The notes beneath the pieces are model-generated. The model was not told where the DNA came from and did no database searches. It saw only the letters and a program-made list of their open reading frames with translations. Of a stretch of DNA of 64,000 nt, positions 1-12,278 are shown piece after piece (position 1 is the first letter of the stretch; every line of letters starts with the position of its first letter). Source of the DNA: Malacoraja senta (Eukaryota); NCBI GenBank assembly GCA_038087875.1, contig CM075989.1:19284001-19348000 (forward strand), in the 5' to 3' direction. Both the position numbers and the translations under genes were made by a program.

Positions 1-22
1 AGGACAAAGTCGGGAGAGTGAT

Positions 23-219
23 AAAAAATGCTGGAGAAGCTCAGCGGGTGAGGCAGCATCTATGGAGAGAAGGAATAGGCGACGTTTCGGGTCGAGAGTC
101 TCGACCCGAAACGCCGCCTATTCCTTCTCTCCATAGATGCTGCCTCACCCGCTGAGTTTCTCTAGCATTTTTTGTCTACCTTCGATTTTACCAGCATCTG
201 CAGTTCTTTCTTAAACTGA
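23..219. mobile_element. Fold-back Penelope-derived short insertion
   Basis: 75-bp inverted arms (23-97 and 99-173); flanking direct repeat agagtgata at 15-23 and 220-228. Confidence 0.75.
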
Positions 220-547
220 AGAGTGATAGGTGGATACAGGCGGGGGGAGTTTGATAGGCAGATGGTTGGACAAAAGCCAGAGATGAAAAGACACAAAGTG
301 TGAGTAAGGATAGGAGGGGTGGAAATTGTGAAGCCAGAGGAAGGAATTAAGCTGGAAGCAGAAAAAAAATTGCTGGAGGAACTTGGTGGGTCAGACAGCA
401 TCTGCGCTGTGTCTCAAACTAAACTAAACCAAAGCCTCCTATCCTTCCTGTGATGGTGCGACAAGAACTCCACAAACACTCCAAATAGGCTTGTTGGATT
501 TTTGTACCACCGTTCTGAAATTAATACGTACTCCCTTCAAACCGCAG

Positions 548-702
548 AACTGAAGCCTCGTGGCGTTGCTGTCAACTTGATCCCTGGACTGCCGGCTTAC
601 ATCTTGTTTATGTGCGTACGCCACGCTGACTACATCAACGACGACCAAAGAGTGCGGTCGTTGCTGACGTCAACCATCAATGGCATCAAGAAGATCCTCA
701 AG
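548..702 (+). CDS. MYO5A: Myosin VA globular tail exon: (E)[51 protein letters not shown]
   Basis: Flanked by cag and gtatga; 155 nt (2+51x3); translation closely matches the recalled vertebrate MYO5A tail. Confidence 0.95.
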
Positions 703-713
703 GTATGACGGCT

Positions 714-1278
714 CTATAGACAACAGGTGCAGGAGGAGGCCATTCGGCCCTGCGAGCCAGCACCGCCATTCAATGTGATCATGGCTGATCATCCCCAATC
801 AGTACCCCGTTCCTGCCTTCTCCCCTGACTCTGCTATCTTTAAGAGCCCTATCTAGCTCTCTATTGAAAGCATCCAGAGAACCGTCCTCCACCGCCCTCT
901 GAGGCAGAGAATTCCACAGACTCGCCACTCTCTGTGAGAAAAAGTGTTTCCTCGTCTCCGTTCTAAATGGCTTACTCCTTATTCTTAAACTGTGGCCCCT
1001 GGTTCTGGACTCCCCCAACATCGGGAACATGTTTCCTGCCTCTAGTGTGTCCAAGCCCTTAACAATCTTATATGTTTCAATGAGATTGCCTCTCATCCTT
1101 CTAAACTCCAGAGTGTACAAGCCCAGCCGCTCCATTCTCTCAGCATATGACAGTCCCGCCATCCCGGGAATTAACCTTGTAAATCTACGCTGCACTCCCT
1201 CAATAGCAAGAATGTCCTTCCTCAAATTAGGGGACCAAAACTGCACACAATACTCCAGGTGTGGTCTCCCTAGGGCCC
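714..1278 (-). mobile_element. CR1-clade LINE 3' fragment (RT C-terminus plus 3' UTR)
   Basis: [12 protein letters not shown]...[14 protein letters not shown]...RTRGHSLRI...FFSQRVASLWNSLP. Confidence 0.9.
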
Positions 1279-1397
1279 CTTACAAGAACATTTACACATT
1301 GACCTAAATTGGGTCAATGATCTACTTAACCTATTCGTAAACCTTTCGGAATCAGAGAGGGTGACTTCTTGCCAGGGTGGGATTGATTTTTTTTTAA

Positions 1398-1700
1398 GGG
1401 CGGCTCAATGGCGCAGCGAAAGAGTTGCTGCCCCACAGTACCAGAGATCCGGGTTCGATCTTGACGATGGGTGTTAGTCTGCACGGAGTTTGTACGTTCT
1501 CCCCGTGACCGTGTGGGTTTTCCCCGGGTGCTCCGGTTTCTACCCACATTCCGACGACATGCAGCTTTGTAGGTGAATTGGCTTGTGTAAATTGTCCCCA
1601 GTGTGTAGGATAGGACCAGTATATGGGGACCGCTGGTGGGCGTGGATTCGCTGGGCCAAAGGGCCTGTTTCCACGCTGTATCTCTAAAACTAAAAACGAA
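1398..1700 (+). mobile_element. tRNA-derived V-SINE (HE1-like)
   Basis: A/B-box-like head (tggcgcagcg...ggttcgatc), V-domain ggagtttgtacgttctccccgtg, CR1-like tail ending in taaaac repeats. Confidence 0.8.
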
Positions 1701-1905
1701 AACTCTGAGAGATACAACATGGAAGAAGCCCTTCGGCCCATCGATTCCACGCCAGCCATCAATCACCTGTTCACACTAGTTCTATGCTGTTCCACTTTCT
1801 CATCCACTCCCTACACACAAGGGGAGATTTTCAGAGGCCAATTAACCTACAAACCTGCATATCTTTTGATGTGGGGTGGGGGGGGGGGGGGAACTGGAGC
1901 ACCCT

Positions 1906-2398
1906 CTAAGCTGGAAAGGGTGCAGAGTGGATTCATGAGGATGTTGTCAGGACTCAAGGGCCTGAGCTATAGGGAGAGGTTGAGTGGGTTAGAACTTTAT
2001 CCCTTGGAGCGGAAGAGGATGAGGGGTGATCTTATAGAGGTGTATAAGATTATGAGAGGGATTGATAGGGTGAATACACAGTGTTTTACCCAGAGTAGGG
2101 GAAACTAAAAACCACTTGACATAGATTTAAGGTGAGGGGGGGAAAGATGTAATAGGAACCTAAGGTGGAACTTTTTCGCACAAAGGGTGGTGGGTATGTA
2201 GAATGGATTCCAGAGGAGGTAGTTGAGGCAGGTACTGTCGTGTCATTTAAAAGACATTTGGACAGGTACATGGATAGGACTGGTTTAGAGGATATGGGCC
2301 AAATGCAGGCAGGTGGGACTAGTGTAGATGGGACATGTTGGTCGGCGTGGGCAAGTTGGGCCGAAGGCCCAGTTTCCACGCTGTATGACTCTGTCTCT
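1906..2398 (+). mobile_element. CR1-clade LINE 3' fragment (second subfamily)
   Basis: KLERVQ...GLSYRERL...MRGDLIEVYKIMRG...FKRHLDRYM, with frameshifts. Confidence 0.85.
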
Positions 2399-3359
2399 AT
2401 GACGCCCAGAGGAAACGCACGCAGTCGCGGGGAGAGCGTGCAAACTCCACACAGACAGCAGCCGAGGTCAGGGTTCGGTGATCTGATGTTTATCTGTTGA
2501 ACTAGCTAACCTTTGTAAGATCCTTTCAAGCAATGATGCACCAGAGCGAGAGGTAAATGGTAAATAAACAATGTGTAACATGAACTTGCGGGATGTGATA
2601 TTTATCCAACAGGTGGGCCAGATTGAAAAATGTGTGTGTGTCGGACTTTGCATTTGTCTCATTTGTTGGATTCAGTGGGATCTGGGTTATAGTTTGTTCA
2701 ATATATTGTGAACAAAGATTATTGACTTAATTTTAAACCCAAGATAAATAACACTGCATGAAGGGATGAATGCAAGACAATGCAGCTTGCAGTTGGAAAA
2801 ACATTTGCGTTTGAGTTTAGTTTAGTTTATTGTCACGTGTACCAAGATACAGTGAAAAGCTTTTGTTGCGTGCTAACCAGTCATGGGAAAGACAATACAT
2901 GATTACAATCGAGCCGTCCACAGTGTACGGACACACGACAAAGGGAATAACGAGAATATTGTTTGTTGTAAGAGAAAGCCAGTAAAGTTCCATCCAAGGG
3001 TCTCCAATGAAGTAGTTCAGGTCTGCTTGAAAACCATGACCTCCAGGTTCAAGAACAGCTTCCTCCCAGCAATAGTCAACTATTAACAACCGTACAACAC
3101 CAACCTCAACAACTATGATCTTCTGTGGACTATCTGTAGTTGCACAAAGGATTTTTTTTTTTTTGCATTAGTATTATGAACTTTAACGTTAAATGTTTTT
3201 GATTATTTGACTTTGCCTTTCCGGGCCTATTTAGCTTGTTTAATTGTTTCTGTTGGTACATTTGACAATGAAACACTCTTGGCCCTCGACTCTCTTCACA
3301 CACGTTGAATAAGTAAACCGAACAGTTGTTAGAGTGAGAGCATCTTTCGTGAAAGATAT

Positions 3360-3993
3360 TTAGAAACATAGAAACATAGATGCAGGAGGAGGCCATTCGG
3401 CCCTTCGAGCCAGCACCGCCATTCATTGTGATCATGGCTGATCGTCCCCTATCAATAACCCGTGCCTGCCTTCTCCCCATATCCCTTGATTCCACTAGCC
3501 CCTAGAGCTCTATCTAACACCCTCTTAAATCCATCCAGCGACTTGGCCTCCACTGCCTTCTGTGGCAGGGAATTCCACGAATTCACAACTCTCTGGGTGA
3601 AAAAGTTTTTTCTCACCTCAGTCTTAAATGGCCTCCCCTTTATTCTAAGACTGTGACCCCTGGTTCTGGACTCACCCAACATTGGGAACATTTTACCTGC
3701 ATCTAGCTTGTCCAGTCCTTTTATAATTTTATATGTTTCTATAAGATCCCCCCCTCATCCTTCTAAACTCCAGTGAATACAAGCCTAGTCTTTTCAATCT
3801 TTCCTCATATGACAGTCCCGCCATCCCAGGGATCAATCTCGTGAACCTACGCTGCACTGCCTCAATCACAAGGATGTCCTTCCTCAAATTAGGAGACCAA
3901 AACTGTACGCAATACTCCAGATGTGGTCTTACCAGAGCCCTATACAACTGCAGAAGAACCTCTCTATTCCTATACTGAAATCCTCTTGTTATG
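3360..3993 (-). mobile_element. CR1-clade LINE 3' fragment
   Basis: [19 protein letters not shown]...NFFTQRVVNSWNSLP; (tttctatg)n tail on the minus strand. Confidence 0.9.
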
Positions 3994-4077
3994 TATTTTC
4001 ACAAGAAAAAAATCCTCACGCTGACTTTAATATGTTTTCCTGATGTTCTTGTTTTTTCTCCTCGCCTTTCATTGCAG

Positions 4078-4167
4078 AAACGAAGTGATGATTTTGAAAT
4101 TGTGTCGTTCTGGTTGTCCAACACGTCGCGTTTCTTGCACTGTCTGAAGCAATATAGTGGTGAAGAG
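4078..4167 (+). CDS. MYO5A: Myosin VA exon: [30 protein letters not shown]
   Basis: Polypyrimidine tract plus cag, donor gtacgt; 90 nt, phase 0/0; FWLSN motif of myosin V tails. Confidence 0.95.
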
Positions 4168-4651
4168 GTACGTAGCGATTTGTACGATCAGTTGTGGAAA
4201 TGTATCTAATAAATACACAATGACTCGGTTTACTTAAATGCTCTGACTGCCGTTGAATCACCTTGCTTATTAGCAATATTAGAAGATGGACACAGGATGC
4301 TGGAGTAACTCAGCGGGACAGGCAGCATCTCTGGAGTGAAGGAATGGGTGGCGTTTCAGGTCGAACCGCTTCTTCAGACGATATAAGATAAATCAGTCTG
4401 AAGACGGGTCCCAACCTGAAACGTCACCTATCCATGTTCTCCATGGATGCTGCTTGACCTGCTGACTCCAGCACTTTGTGTCTTTTTTGTGTATTATCCA
4501 GCAACTGCAGTTCTTCATTTCGAAGGCAAATTGGTGTAAGATTTCATACTGTGTAAGGATTGGTTCTTAATTCCTGACAAACTGTTGGGATTTAATGTTT
4601 GATCAGATGGATTATACGCAACCATGGGTATTAATAAGCACACATTTTAGT

Positions 4652-4856
4652 TAGACAAAAGTGCTGGAGAAACTCAGCGGGTGCAGCAGCATCTATGGAG
4701 TGAAGGAAATAGGCAACGTTTCGGGCCAAAACCCTTCTTCAGACTGCCCGAAACGTTGCCTATTTCCTTCGCTCCATAGATGCTGCTGCACCCGCTGAGT
4801 TTCTCCAGCACTTTTGTCTACCTTCGATTTTCCAGTTTCTGCAGTTCCTTCTTAAA
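4652..4856. mobile_element. Fold-back Penelope-derived insertion
   Basis: Inverted arms 4652-4726 and 4746-4820; imperfect flanking repeat cacattttagtt / cacgttttggtt. Confidence 0.75.
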
Positions 4857-5013
4857 CACGTTTTGGTTACCTGTGAACTGTCGAATCAATTAGTGGATAG
4901 ATTTGGATGTCCCCAGATTGTAGATGTTAGAAGATCCATTACATTACTCGATTATTCACTCTATCCTGTTCACAGCAACCGGGTAATGTGAATAAAGAGT
5001 TAATCCTATGGAT

Positions 5014-5572
5014 CATAGAAACATAGAAAATACGTGCAGCAATAGGCTTCGAGCCAGCACCACCATTCAATATGATCATGGCTGATCATCCAGAATCAGT
5101 ACCCGGTTCCTGCTTTCTCCCCATATCCCTTGATTCCGTTAGCCCTAAGAGCTATATCTAACTCTCTCTTGAAAACATCCAGTTAATTGGCCTCCACTGC
5201 CTTCTGTGGCAGAGAATTCCACAGATTCACAACTCTGGGTGAAAAAGTTTTTCCTCATTTCAGTCCTAAATGGCCGACCTCTCATTCTTAAACTGTGACC
5301 CCCTAGTTCTGGACTCCCCCAACATCAGGAACATTTTTCCTGCATCTAGCCTGTCCAATCCCTTAAGAATTTTATAAGTTTCTATAAGATGCCCTCTCAT
5401 CCTTCTAAATTCCTGTGAATAATAAGCCCAGTCGATCCATTCTTTCATCATATGTCAGTCCCGCCATCCCGGGAATTAACCTGATGAATCTACGCTGCAC
5501 TCCCTCAATAGCAAGAATGTCCTTCCTCAAACTAGGAGACCAAAGCTGCACACAATACTCCAGATGCAGTCT
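5014..5572 (-). mobile_element. CR1-clade LINE 3' fragment
   Basis: HLEYCVQLWSP...RTRG; same family as 714-1278. Confidence 0.88.
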
Positions 5573-5868
5573 CCCAAGGGATCCCCCACCTTCTACAATG
5601 TAACGTGGTATTTTACACAGATGAGTTAAAAATTGAGCTATCAATGAACACCAGATCCAAATGTCTTTTAAAATAGCGTTCATGTTAAAATATATATATT
5701 TTTATTTTATTGATGGATAACTTCAATGCGACTGTTTATAGTCTGTGGCATGGTTTTCTTTTTTCTGGGTGAGTTGAATAGTGTGGTGAAGAATCTATTG
5801 TCAATGCAAGGCAGAATCTGTGGTCATGAGAATTGAACTAACAGTGATGTCTTTTCCATAATATTTAG

Positions 5869-6019
5869 GCATTCATGAAGCACAATACTCCACGACAGAA
5901 TGACCATTGCTTGAGGAATTTTGACCTTGCTGAATACCGGCAGGTCATAAGTGATCTCGCAATTCAGATCTACCAGCAGCTTACCAAGGTGCTGGAGAAT
6001 GCTCTACAGCCGATGATTG
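5869..6019 (+). CDS. MYO5A: Myosin VA exon: [50 protein letters not shown]
   Basis: Flanked by tag and gtgagt; 151 nt, phase 0/1; joins both neighbours in frame. Confidence 0.95.
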
Positions 6020-6089
6020 GTGAGTCGAGGCAGTTTAGAGACAAGAAAGTGAAAATGAGTTTTAAGTACAAATATTCTTACCAGTGTTT

Positions 6090-6672
6090 GGCGGCCCAGT
6101 GGCACAGCGGCACAGTTGCTGCCTCTCAGCGCCAGAGACCTGGGTTCAATCCTGCGTATAGGTGCTGTCTGTACGGAGTTTGTACGTTCTCCTTGTGACC
6201 GCATGAGTTTTCTCCAGGCGCTCCAGTTCCCCCCCACACTCCGAAGACATACAGCCATTGTAAGTTAATTGGCTTTGGTAACATTTTAAATTGTCCCTCG
6301 TGCGTATGATAGTGTTAGTGTACGGGGTGAAACTGAATGGACAAGGACACATTTAAGTTCTTTCATTTTAAGCGGGGCAACTGTCTCAGGCGTGGAAGCA
6401 GGTCATTCGGCCCACCGAGTCCACATCGACCATCGATCACCCGTCCACACTAGATCTGTGTTATTCCACTTTCGCGTCCACTCCCTACACACTAGGGCCA
6501 ATTAACCTACAAACCCGCGCGTCTTTGGGACGTGGGAGGAAACCGGAGCACCCGAAGGAAACCCGTGTGATCGATCACAGGGAGAACGTGCAAACTCCGC
6601 ACAAACAGCACCCGTAGTCAGGATCGAACCTGGGACTCTGGCGCTGTGCGGCGGCAGCTTTAACGGCCGCGC
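6090..6672. mobile_element. Two V-SINEs in inverted orientation (+ about 6090-6330; - about 6395-6672)
   Basis: tRNA-like heads and V-domains on opposite strands within one 740-nt intron. Confidence 0.75.
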
Positions 6673-6759
6673 CAATGTTTGTATCGACCTTCATTATTTT
6701 TCTGCAATGGGAAAATTGGAATGAAAGCCTCGTTACTAACAGTCTCGTGTCACAAATAG

Positions 6760-7042
6760 TTTCAGGTATGTTGGAACACGAGACTATCCAGGGAGTGTCG
6801 GGACTGAAGCCCACAGGTCTGCGGAAGAGGACCTCCAGTGTTGCAGATGAAGGGATGTACACTCTGGACTCCATCGTTCGTCAGCTCAATAACTTCCATT
6901 CAATTATGTGCCAGCATGGCATGGACCCTGAACTCATCAAGCAAATCGTCAAGCAGATGTTCTACATCATTGGCTCGGTCACCCTGAATAACCTGCTGCT
7001 CCGCAAGGATATGTGTTCCTGGAGCAAAGGAATGCAAATCAG
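6760..7042 (+). CDS. MYO5A: Myosin VA exon, start of the DIL domain: (V)[26 protein letters not shown]...[19 protein letters not shown](R)
   Basis: Flanked by tag and gtgagt; 283 nt, phase 1/2; contains the RKRTSS phospho-loop and the NNLLLR motif. Confidence 0.96.
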
Positions 7043-7189
7043 GTGAGTCATTAGAGTCGTACAGCACGGAAACAGGCCATTCGGCCCAACTTGTCCATGC
7101 CAACCAAGATACCCTATCTACACTAGACATCCCAGTATTTGGCCCATATCCCTCTAAACCTTTGTTTAAGAACTTAAGAGTTGAAGTGC

Positions 7190-7548
7190 TCAGCACTTCA
7201 ACTCCCCCTCCCATTCCAAATCTAATCTTTCTGTTCTGGGCCTCCTCCCTGGCCAGAGTGAGTCCCACTGCAAATTGGAGGAGCAGCACCTCATATTTCG
7301 CTTGGGTAGTTTACACCCCAGCGGTATGAACATTGACCTCCAATTTCAGGTAGTCCTTGCTTTCTCCCTCCTTCCCCTTCCCCTTCACAGCTCTCCCACA
7401 GCCTACTGTCTCCACCTCTTCCTTTCTTCTTCCCGCCCCCACCCCCACATCAGTCTGAAGAAGGGTCTCGACCCGAAACCTCACCTATTCCTTCGCTCCA
7501 TAGATGCTGCTTCACCCGCTGAGTTTCTCCAGCATTTTTGTCTACCCT
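7190..7548 (+). mobile_element. Penelope-like element 3' end: GIY-YIG C-terminus followed by the terminal repeat with a hammerhead-like motif
   Basis: HFNSPSHSKSNLSVLGLL...KLEEQHLIFRLGSLHPSGMNID, then a pyrimidine tract, then CTGAAGAAGGGTCTCGACCCGAAAC at 7455. Confidence 0.78.
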
Positions 7549-9174
7549 CTAAACCTTTCCTATCTATATACGGTCCAAATGTCTTTTAAATATTGTGACA
7601 GTGCCTGCCTCAACCAACTCCCCCGGCAGCTTGTTCCATATACCCACCACCCTCTGTATAAAAAAAAAAAAAATTCCCCTCGGGTTCCTTTTAAATCTTA
7701 CCTTAAACCCAAATCCTTAATTCTTGATTCCCCTTTTCTATTCGCGCTATCTATTCCCCTCGTGATTTTGTACACCTCTATACGATCATCCCTCACTCCT
7801 ATTCTCCAAGGAATTAAGTCCTAGCCTGCCCACCCTCTCCATATAGCTCACGTCCTTGAGTCCTGGCAACATCCTCATAAATCTTCTCTGCTCTCTTTCC
7901 AGCTTAATGGCATCTTTCCTACAGTATGGTGACCAAAAGAGAGCACAATACTCCGAATGCACACTCGCCAACATCTTGATGGCTTTTACCTTAAGATGAA
8001 ATGTCCTCCCAACCCCATCTCTCTTCCCCTCGTATAAAATACCACAAAAGATTTCTAAGTTAGTTCCAGTCTGAAAATTCACGGTTCCATCAGCTGTTTT
8101 GCAGTTTTGTGATGTATCTTAATGGCAAACTCGTTTTGTCTTAAAATTGCTAACTTGCCTGTAATGTCTTAATGGCGAACTAAGCAGTAGACAGACCCAA
8201 CTTCTGTTCTCAATTCTCTGAAGGCCAGCAGCCCAAAAGTCTTCTTCACCGCAATATCTATCTACGCACCAATTTTAGGGAACTATGTACTTGCACTCCT
8301 AGATCCCTCAGTTCTACACCACTACCCAGGGCTCTACCAGTCACTGTGAATGTCCTACCCTGGTTTGACTTCCCAAAATGTCTCATCTCGCACTTATCTA
8401 AATTACACTCCATTAGCCATTTCTCGGCCCACCTGCCCAACTAATCAAGATACTTTCTCAGCTGCTATTTCCCAATCCCATCGTTCTTCATAAGCTCATG
8501 TTCCAGAAGCAGAATTAGGCCATTTGGCCCATCATGTCTACTCCACCACTCAAACGTGGCTGATGTATCTTTCCCTCACAACCCCATTCTGCCTTCTCCC
8601 CATAACCCCTGACACCTCTTCTCCAAGGACTAAAGTCCTAGCTTGTCCAACTCTCCCTATAGCTCAGGCCTTCGAGTCCCGACAACATCCTTGTAAATCT
8701 TCCCTGCTCTCTTTCCAACTTGATGGAATCTTTCCTACAGCATGGAGACCAAAACTGAGCACAATACTCTGAGTGCAGACTCACCAACACCTTGTACACC
8801 TGTATCATCTTGAACAAACCGCCATTGTTCTTGATAGCTTTTACCTTGCACTAAACGTTATTCCCATATCATGTATCTTTACACTGTAAATGACATGATT
8901 GTAATCATGTATTGTCTTGCTGTCTGGTTAGCTCACCACAAAAGTTTTTCGCTGTACCTCGGTACACGTGGCAATAAACTAAACTGAAACTGAACTGAAA
9001 CCTCTTTCACCCTCTTAACAAACCACAGAAGATTTCTGAATTAGCTCCAGTCTGAAGGTTTGAGTTTCCATAAACCATTTTTTTCAGTTTTGTGGCATGT
9101 CTTAATAACAGACTAGTTTTGTCTCAAAATTGCTAACTTGCATTGGCGACCAACTGTTTTTCCTGGTTGTCCAG

Positions 9175-9349
9175 GTACAACGTGAGCCAACTGGAGGAGT
9201 GGCTGAGGGACAAGAACCTGCAGACCAGTGGTGCCAAGCAAACTCTGGAGCCTTTAATCCAGGCCGCCCAGCTGCTGCAGGTGAAGAAGAAGACTGATGA
9301 AGATGCAGAAGCTATCTGTTCAATGTGCAACGCTATCACTACTGCCCAG
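9175..9349 (+). CDS. MYO5A: Myosin VA DIL exon: [58 protein letters not shown]
   Basis: Flanked by cag and gtaagc; 175 nt, phase 2/0; branch-point-like CTAAC at 9133-9137. Confidence 0.96.
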
Positions 9350-10362
9350 GTAAGCCACAAACAAATAAGGACACAAAATGCCAGAGTAACTCAGCGGGAC
9401 AGGCAGCATCTCTGGAGAGAAGGAATCGGTGACGTTTCAGGTCGAGACCCAGGTGGATCTGTGTGTCACGAGCTGGTTGCAAGGACATGTTCACCAACGT
9501 ACAGATGTGTTGGCAGTGCCACCTTTTCCACAGTTTAAGACAAATATTAATATTTAGCAAAAGGGAGTTTCTGTGAGTGTAGTGACTGAGCTGGTGGAGT
9601 GATCTTCAGCCCAGCACATTCAAGACATCATCCTGCCTTCTGCTTCCAGCCATCAAAGATCTTTTGTGGTAAATAGATGAATATTTCAATGTGTAATTTT
9701 AAGGCAGAGATATAGATGGATTCTTGGTTAATAGGGGTGTCAGAGGTTGTGGGGAGAAGGCAGGAGAATGCGGTTAGGAGGGAGAGATAGATCAGCCATG
9801 ATTGAATGGTGGAGTAGACCTGATGGGCCAAACGGCCTAATTCTGCTCCTATCACTTATGACCTTATGTAATACTGAAGCACACACCTGAATAGAACGTG
9901 GAACAGTACCGTGTGTAGAAACAAAGAACTGCAAATGCTGATTTATACCAACGAGAAACACAGACTGCTGGAGTAATTCAGCGGGTCAAGCAGCATCTCT
10001 GGCAAAAATTGCATGGATTGCGTATCAGGTCTCTTGCACCTCCATCTTCACTTCAGTCTGAAGAAAGGTCCCGACCCACTTCATCACACATCCTTTTTCT
10101 CCAGAGATGTTGTTCGACCCCCTGAGTTATTCCAGCACTTTTCTTTTAAAATCTTTTTATTCTTTTTTTTTTTCGTAAACAAAAACAAAGCAACAAAAAA
10201 AACGAATAATGATAAACATAACAATAATATTGATACATAGGGATCAGGATTACATTAATAACAGGTATAACCTAAATATGAGTCCGGTGTCAAAATACAC
10301 ATTGAATATAGACCTCCTGGTCTCTATGTAAATATAGTTAAATGTTTAAAAGAAAACTTATA

Positions 10363-10872
10363 TACTGACAGTCATTCACTCCACAGAATACAGCGCATTG
10401 TCTCCAAGGCCTCTAGGATCATCAACTCTCCCCTTCCCTCAATCCATTCCATTTACCTCCAACGTACCTCAAAACGGGCAACAAAGATCATCTCGGACCC
10501 CTCCCATCCAGCAAACCACCATTTCCAGTCTCTCCCTTCAGGGAGGCGCCTTAGGTCACTTGCTACAAAATCCACCCGTTTTAAAAACAGTTTCTTCCCC
10601 TCAGCAATAAGAACACTTAATTCCCTCCAATAACTTTTTGACTTTGATGTATACAGTGTCTTGTCTATGGTTTTTGTCTGTTCTTTTGCACTATGTATTG
10701 TTGGTGAGATTTGTGATTTGTGATGTGGTATGGATGCACTTTATTATTATGATCTGTGTTGTTATTAGTGTTAATGTTGTAAAGCAGTGTACCATCATGT
10801 ACCGAACCCAATTACCACCAACCCTGGTCGTGTGGCAAATAAAGATTCTATCTATCTATCTATCTATCTATC
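10363..10872 (+). mobile_element. Rex1/Babar-like LINE 3' fragment with (TATC)n tail
   Basis: Reads ...LPSIHSIYLQR...KIISDPSHPANHHFQSLPSGRRLRSLATKSTRFKNSFFPSAIRTLN; AATAAA followed by (TATC)n. Confidence 0.75.
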
Positions 10873-11587
10873 TTAAAAAAAACAAAAAGATAAAAAGAAA
10901 AAAAAGGAAAAAAAGAGAAAAAAGGAAAAAACAAAACCCCCCTAAACTAGAAAAAAAAAGCAAAACAGAATCTGGGCTGCAAAGAATTTCAACAATTTAA
11001 GTCCCTGTTAGTCGTCAAGTCCGTTCCACTGTATAAAGGTAAAAGAATTATTATAACATTTGTGTCTATCTTTGGTAGAACAGTACAGCACAGGAACAGG
11101 CCCTTCGGCCCGCAATGTCCGTGCCAAACATGATGCCGTGTTAAACTGATCTCCTCTGCTTGCACGTGATCACTATCCCTCCATTCTCTGCATGTCCAGG
11201 TGCCGATCCAAAGGTCTATTGAACGTCACTATCGTATCTGCCTCCACAACCTCCACCCCTGACAGCACGTTCCAGCACCCACCACTCTCTGTGTACTTGG
11301 GCTGTGGGTAGAGTGATTCCATTAGATAATGGGTCTCTCTGACCCCAAACCTCCTTCATTCAGTTCAAGGGACGATTATAGATGGGGAGTGAGTTAATTA
11401 TGGTTTGCATTGTCTTCCCAACTGAAGCCAAACAATGCAGATGTCAGAATTGTGAAACAAAACAGCGGGTACTCAGCGGGTCAGGCAGCATCCGTGGAGA
11501 AAGAACCCACTAATGTTTCATTTCCAGGCCCTGATGAAGCATACTGGATCTAATAGGTTAACTTTTCTTTCCATAGATGCGACCATT

Positions 11588-12015
11588 AGACATAGGAGCA
11601 GAATTAGGCCATTCGGCCCTTCAAATCTACTCCCCCACTTAATCATGGCTGATCTATTTTTCCCTGTCAACTCCATTCTCTTGCCTTCTCCCCGTAACCT
11701 TTGACGCCCTTGCTAGTTAAGAACCTATCAATCTGCGCTTTAAAAATACCCAATGCCTTGGCCTCCGCAACCTTCTTTGGCAACGCATCCCATAGATTCA
11801 CCACCAGATTCTGGCTGAAGAAATTCCTCCTCATCCCTAGTCTAAAGGTGCATCCTTTTATTCTGAGGCTGTGCCCTCTGGTCCTAAACTCTCCCACTAC
11901 AGGAAACATCCTCTCCACATCCACTCTGTCCAGGGCTTTCATTATTCGGTGGGTCTCAATGAGATCCCCCACTCATCCTTCTGAACTCCAGCGAGTTCAG
12001 GCCCAGAGCCGCCAA
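11588..12015 (-). mobile_element. CR1-clade LINE 3' fragment
   Basis: GDLIETHRIMK...RTRGHSLRIKG...VVNLWDALP. Confidence 0.85.
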
Positions 12016-12278
12016 AGGCTTCTGTGCAGCTGAGTGCTTCAAGCTTTAAGATGTATTAGTTCAATAATGTTTTTCCAGCACATTGGCAGCAGCTCGTGTG
12101 AATCTTTTGATATTGGGAATGGCGTAATAATAGAAATGAATTAAGTGAGGATGTCATGAATAATTTCGTCAGGAAGAGTTGGATTCCAACAGGTAATCAA
12201 ATGAACTTATTCCCACAGGTTTTTCTGCATATGGTAAACCCATGTCATGGTAACTGCATTTCTTTGTTTCTTTGCCAG

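Noticed and set aside
1398..1470. tRNA gene
   Set aside because: A/B-box-like head continues into a SINE V-domain; no complete cloverleaf seen.
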